Source: an uncultured Chloroflexia bacterium (GTDB lineage: Bacteria > Chloroflexota > Limnocylindria > Limnocylindrales > CSP1-4). From it: a stretch of DNA of 64,000 nt. Positions 62,130 through 64,000 of this stretch are shown here, in pieces. Position 1 is the stretch's first letter; each line of letters begins with the position of its first letter. Under the pieces are notes generated by a model. It was not told the origin of the DNA and did no database searches. It was given only the letters and a program-made list of their open reading frames with translations. Made by a program: the position numbers and the translations under genes. The stretch is taken from contig CAWEJO010000011.1 of NCBI GenBank assembly GCA_963809375.1, positions 5,028 to 69,027 of the forward strand, given 5' to 3'.

Positions 62130-63875
62130 GTGGCGCATCATTGCCGCATGCGACGATGGAACGGCTGGGGGGACGACGGCATCGCGGACGAGATCCCCGC
62201 GAGCGGCGCCGACGCCCTCGAGCGGATCCTCGGGCCCGGCCGGCCGCAGCAGGACGCTGCGCTCGAGGCCGTGACGGCGGCCGTACCCCCCGGGCGGCTC
62301 ACGCCCCATCCGCTCGTCGAGACGGCTCCCGAGACCCGGCTGCGGCACGCCCGTGGCCAGAGCCTTCCCGACTGGGTCGCCCTGCGGACGGGGCGCCTCG
62401 GCGCGATCCCCGACGGAGTTGCGTTCCCGGCAACCCGGGCCGAGATCCGCGACCTGCTCGCCTACGCGGCCGCCGAAGGCGCCCGGGTGGTTCCCTACGG
62501 CGGCGGGACGAGCGTCGTCGGTGGCGTGACGCCGGGGCCTGTCGTCGGCGACGCGCCGTGGCTCACCGTCAGCCTCGCGCGGTATGCGGGGCTGCGGGCA
62601 CTCGACGAGCCGAGCCTGCTCGCGACGTTCGGCGCCGGCACGCCCGGTCCCGACGTCGAGGCGGCGCTGCGCGCCCGGGGCCTCACCCTGGGCCACTACC
62701 CGCAGAGCTGGGAGTACTCGACCGTCGGCGGGTGGGTCGCCGCGCGGAGCTCGGGCCAGCAGTCGCTCGGGTTCGGGAGGATCGAGGCCCTCTTTGCGGG
62801 CGGGGCGCTCGAGTCCCCGGCCGGATCGCTCGACCTGCCGCCCCACCCCGCGTCGGCCGCCGGCCCCGACCTGCGCCAGCTCGTGCTCGGGTCGGAGGGG
62901 CGGCTCGGGATCCTCGCCGAGGCCACCCTCCGCGTGCGGCCGCTTCCCGACGTCGAGACATTCGTGACCTGGTTCGCGCCGGACTGGGAGCGCGCGCTCG
63001 GCATGACCCGCGCGATCGGGCAGGCGGGCCTGCCACTGACCATGGCCCGGACGTCGACGCCCGCCGAGACGTGGACGAACCTGGCGCTCGCGGGCCACGA
63101 GCGCACGCTCGCCGCCCTCCGCGCCTACCTGCGGGCGCGCGGCGCGGGCCCGGGCCGCTGTATGGTCATGGCCGGGTTCGCCGGGCCGCGGGTGGTGGTC
63201 CGGGCGGCGACCGCTGCCGTCGACGAGATCGCCCTCAATAACCGGGCCGTGCGGGCGCCCGCCACGTTCGGGCGCCAGTGGCAGCGCAGCCGGTTCCGGA
63301 CGCCATACCTCCGCAACGCGCTGTGGGACGCGGGCTACGCGGTCGACACGCTCGAGACGGCCGTGCCCTGGTCGGCCGTCGCCGCGCTCTCGGCCGAGCT
63401 CGCGCCCGCGCTCCGGCGAGGGCTGGCGGACGAGGACGAGGCGGTCCACGCGTTCATGCACCTCTCGCACGTGTACCCGACCGGCTCGAGCCTGTACGTG
63501 ACATTCCTGTGGCGGCTGGCCGACGATCCCGACGTCACGCTGGCGCGCTGGGCGCGGCTCAAGGCGATCGCCTCGCAGGCCATCGTGCGCCGCGGCGGCA
63601 CGATCAGCCACCAGCACGGCGTGGGATCCGATCACGCGGCGTACCTTGCCGCGGAGAAGGGGGCGCTCGGGATGGACGCCCTGCGCGACCTCGTCCGACG
63701 GTTCGATCCCGAGGGACGGATGCACCCGGGCGTCCTCCTCGTGCCCGAAGGCGAGGCGCCCGGCGATCCTCCGCGGCGCGCGCGGGGCGGCGCGGCGACG
63801 CAGCCGCGGGGCGAGCCTGCCCGGCGCCCACGAGCAACGGCCGCCGGGGCGGCGGAGGGCGCGGCCGGGACGTGA
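62130..63875 (+). CDS. FAD-linked oxidase, alkyl-dihydroxyacetonephosphate-synthase-like
   Basis: RRWNGWGDD is an AGPS-type N-terminus, so ATG 62148 may be the true start. Also present: VVPYGGGTSVVGG, GGWVAARSSGQ, GSEGRLGI, HQHGVG. Confidence 0.85.
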   Translation: MAHHCRMRRWNGWGDDGIADEIPASGADALERILGPGRPQQDAALEAVTAAVPPGRLTPHPLVETAPETRLRHARGQSLPDWVALRTGRLGAIPDGVAFPATRAEIRDLLAYAAAEGARVVPYGGGTSVVGGVTPGPVVGDAPWLTVSLARYAGLRALDEPSLLATFGAGTPGPDVEAALRARGLTLGHYPQSWEYSTVGGWVAARSSGQQSLGFGRIEALFAGGALESPAGSLDLPPHPASAAGPDLRQLVLGSEGRLGILAEATLRVRPLPDVETFVTWFAPDWERALGMTRAIGQAGLPLTMARTSTPAETWTNLALAGHERTLAALRAYLRARGAGPGRCMVMAGFAGPRVVVRAATAAVDEIALNNRAVRAPATFGRQWQRSRFRTPYLRNALWDAGYAVDTLETAVPWSAVAALSAELAPALRRGLADEDEAVHAFMHLSHVYPTGSSLYVTFLWRLADDPDVTLARWARLKAIASQAIVRRGGTISHQHGVGSDHAAYLAAEKGALGMDALRDLVRRFDPEGRMHPGVLLVPEGEAPGDPPRRARGGAATQPRGEPARRPRATAAGAAEGAAGT

Positions 63876-64000
63876 GCGCGCCGACTCTCGACCGCGGCTG
63901 GCGCGACGCCGCCTGGGAGCGCCTCGCAGGCGAACCCTTCGACCTGCTTGTCGTCGGCGGCGGGATCACCGGGGCGGGGATCGCCCGGCGGGCGGCCCAG
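63872..64000 (+). CDS. glpD: Glycerol-3-phosphate dehydrogenase (FAD-dependent), N-terminal fragment continuing off the window
   Basis: The GTG overlaps the upstream stop (GTGA). FDLLVVGGGITGAGIARRAAQ is the GlpD-type dinucleotide fold. Confidence 0.7.
   Translation, partial: MSAPTLDRGWRDAAWERLAGEPFDLLVVGGGITGAGIARRAAQ

Noticed and set aside
57569-63725. Minus-strand ORFs 57569..59542 (657 aa) and 61485..63725 (746 aa)
   Set aside because: They are antisense to the acidic protein and pyrK, and to pyrE and the AGPS-like oxidase. Their composition is shadow-like.

Overview
The window is very GC-rich (roughly 70-75 percent by eye, not computed) and looks like core chromosome of an actinobacterium-like organism. 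It is not an obvious island. I found no rRNA, CRISPR array, transposase, integrase or phage gene. Because of the GC content, many long ORFs in the track are antisense shadows and I rejected them. Supported content, left to right: (1) a BNR lipoprotein, a Kelch lipoprotein and two DUF2252 paralogs; (2) a BBE-type FAD oxidase next to a SARP/NB-ARC/TPR regulator; (3) a tandem-META lipoprotein and tRNA-Gly(CCC); (4) a zinc-ribbon/cyclase/AAA/TPR regulator; (5) an arginine deiminase operon (arcB-arcC-arcA plus a YfcC-type carrier); (6) a hybrid PAS histidine kinase; (7) a long overlap-coupled heme operon on the minus strand (MerR-like, hemA, hemC, hemD, hemB, hemL, hemE, hemH, radical SAM, hemY); (8) an FTR1 iron permease, lipB and a GalT-like protein; (9) two ECF sigma/anti-sigma pairs; (10) a split pyrimidine operon (pyrR-pyrB-pyrC, then about 9 kb of other genes, then pyrK-pyrD-DUF1294-pyrE); (11) an alkyl-DHAP-synthase-like flavoprotein coupled to glpD. 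Main observations: (a) about 35 reading-frame breaks in conserved genes, strongly clustered at roughly 15.0-16.7 kb and 35.9-39.6 kb, which are either local assembly indels or very recent gene decay; (b) an AhbD/NirJ-like radical SAM/SPASM gene lies between hemH and hemY where a coproporphyrin-type pathway would need ChdC/HemQ, suggesting a hybrid heme pathway; (c) several perfect GC-rich tandem repeats (15 nt x7, 24 nt x5, 15 nt x4 coding for HPGG); (d) an anti-sigma factor with a duplicated Cys-rich ectodomain module; (e) a trio of unknown genes just upstream of pyrK. Coordinates that I derived by hand rather than from the ORF track may be off by 1-2 nt.
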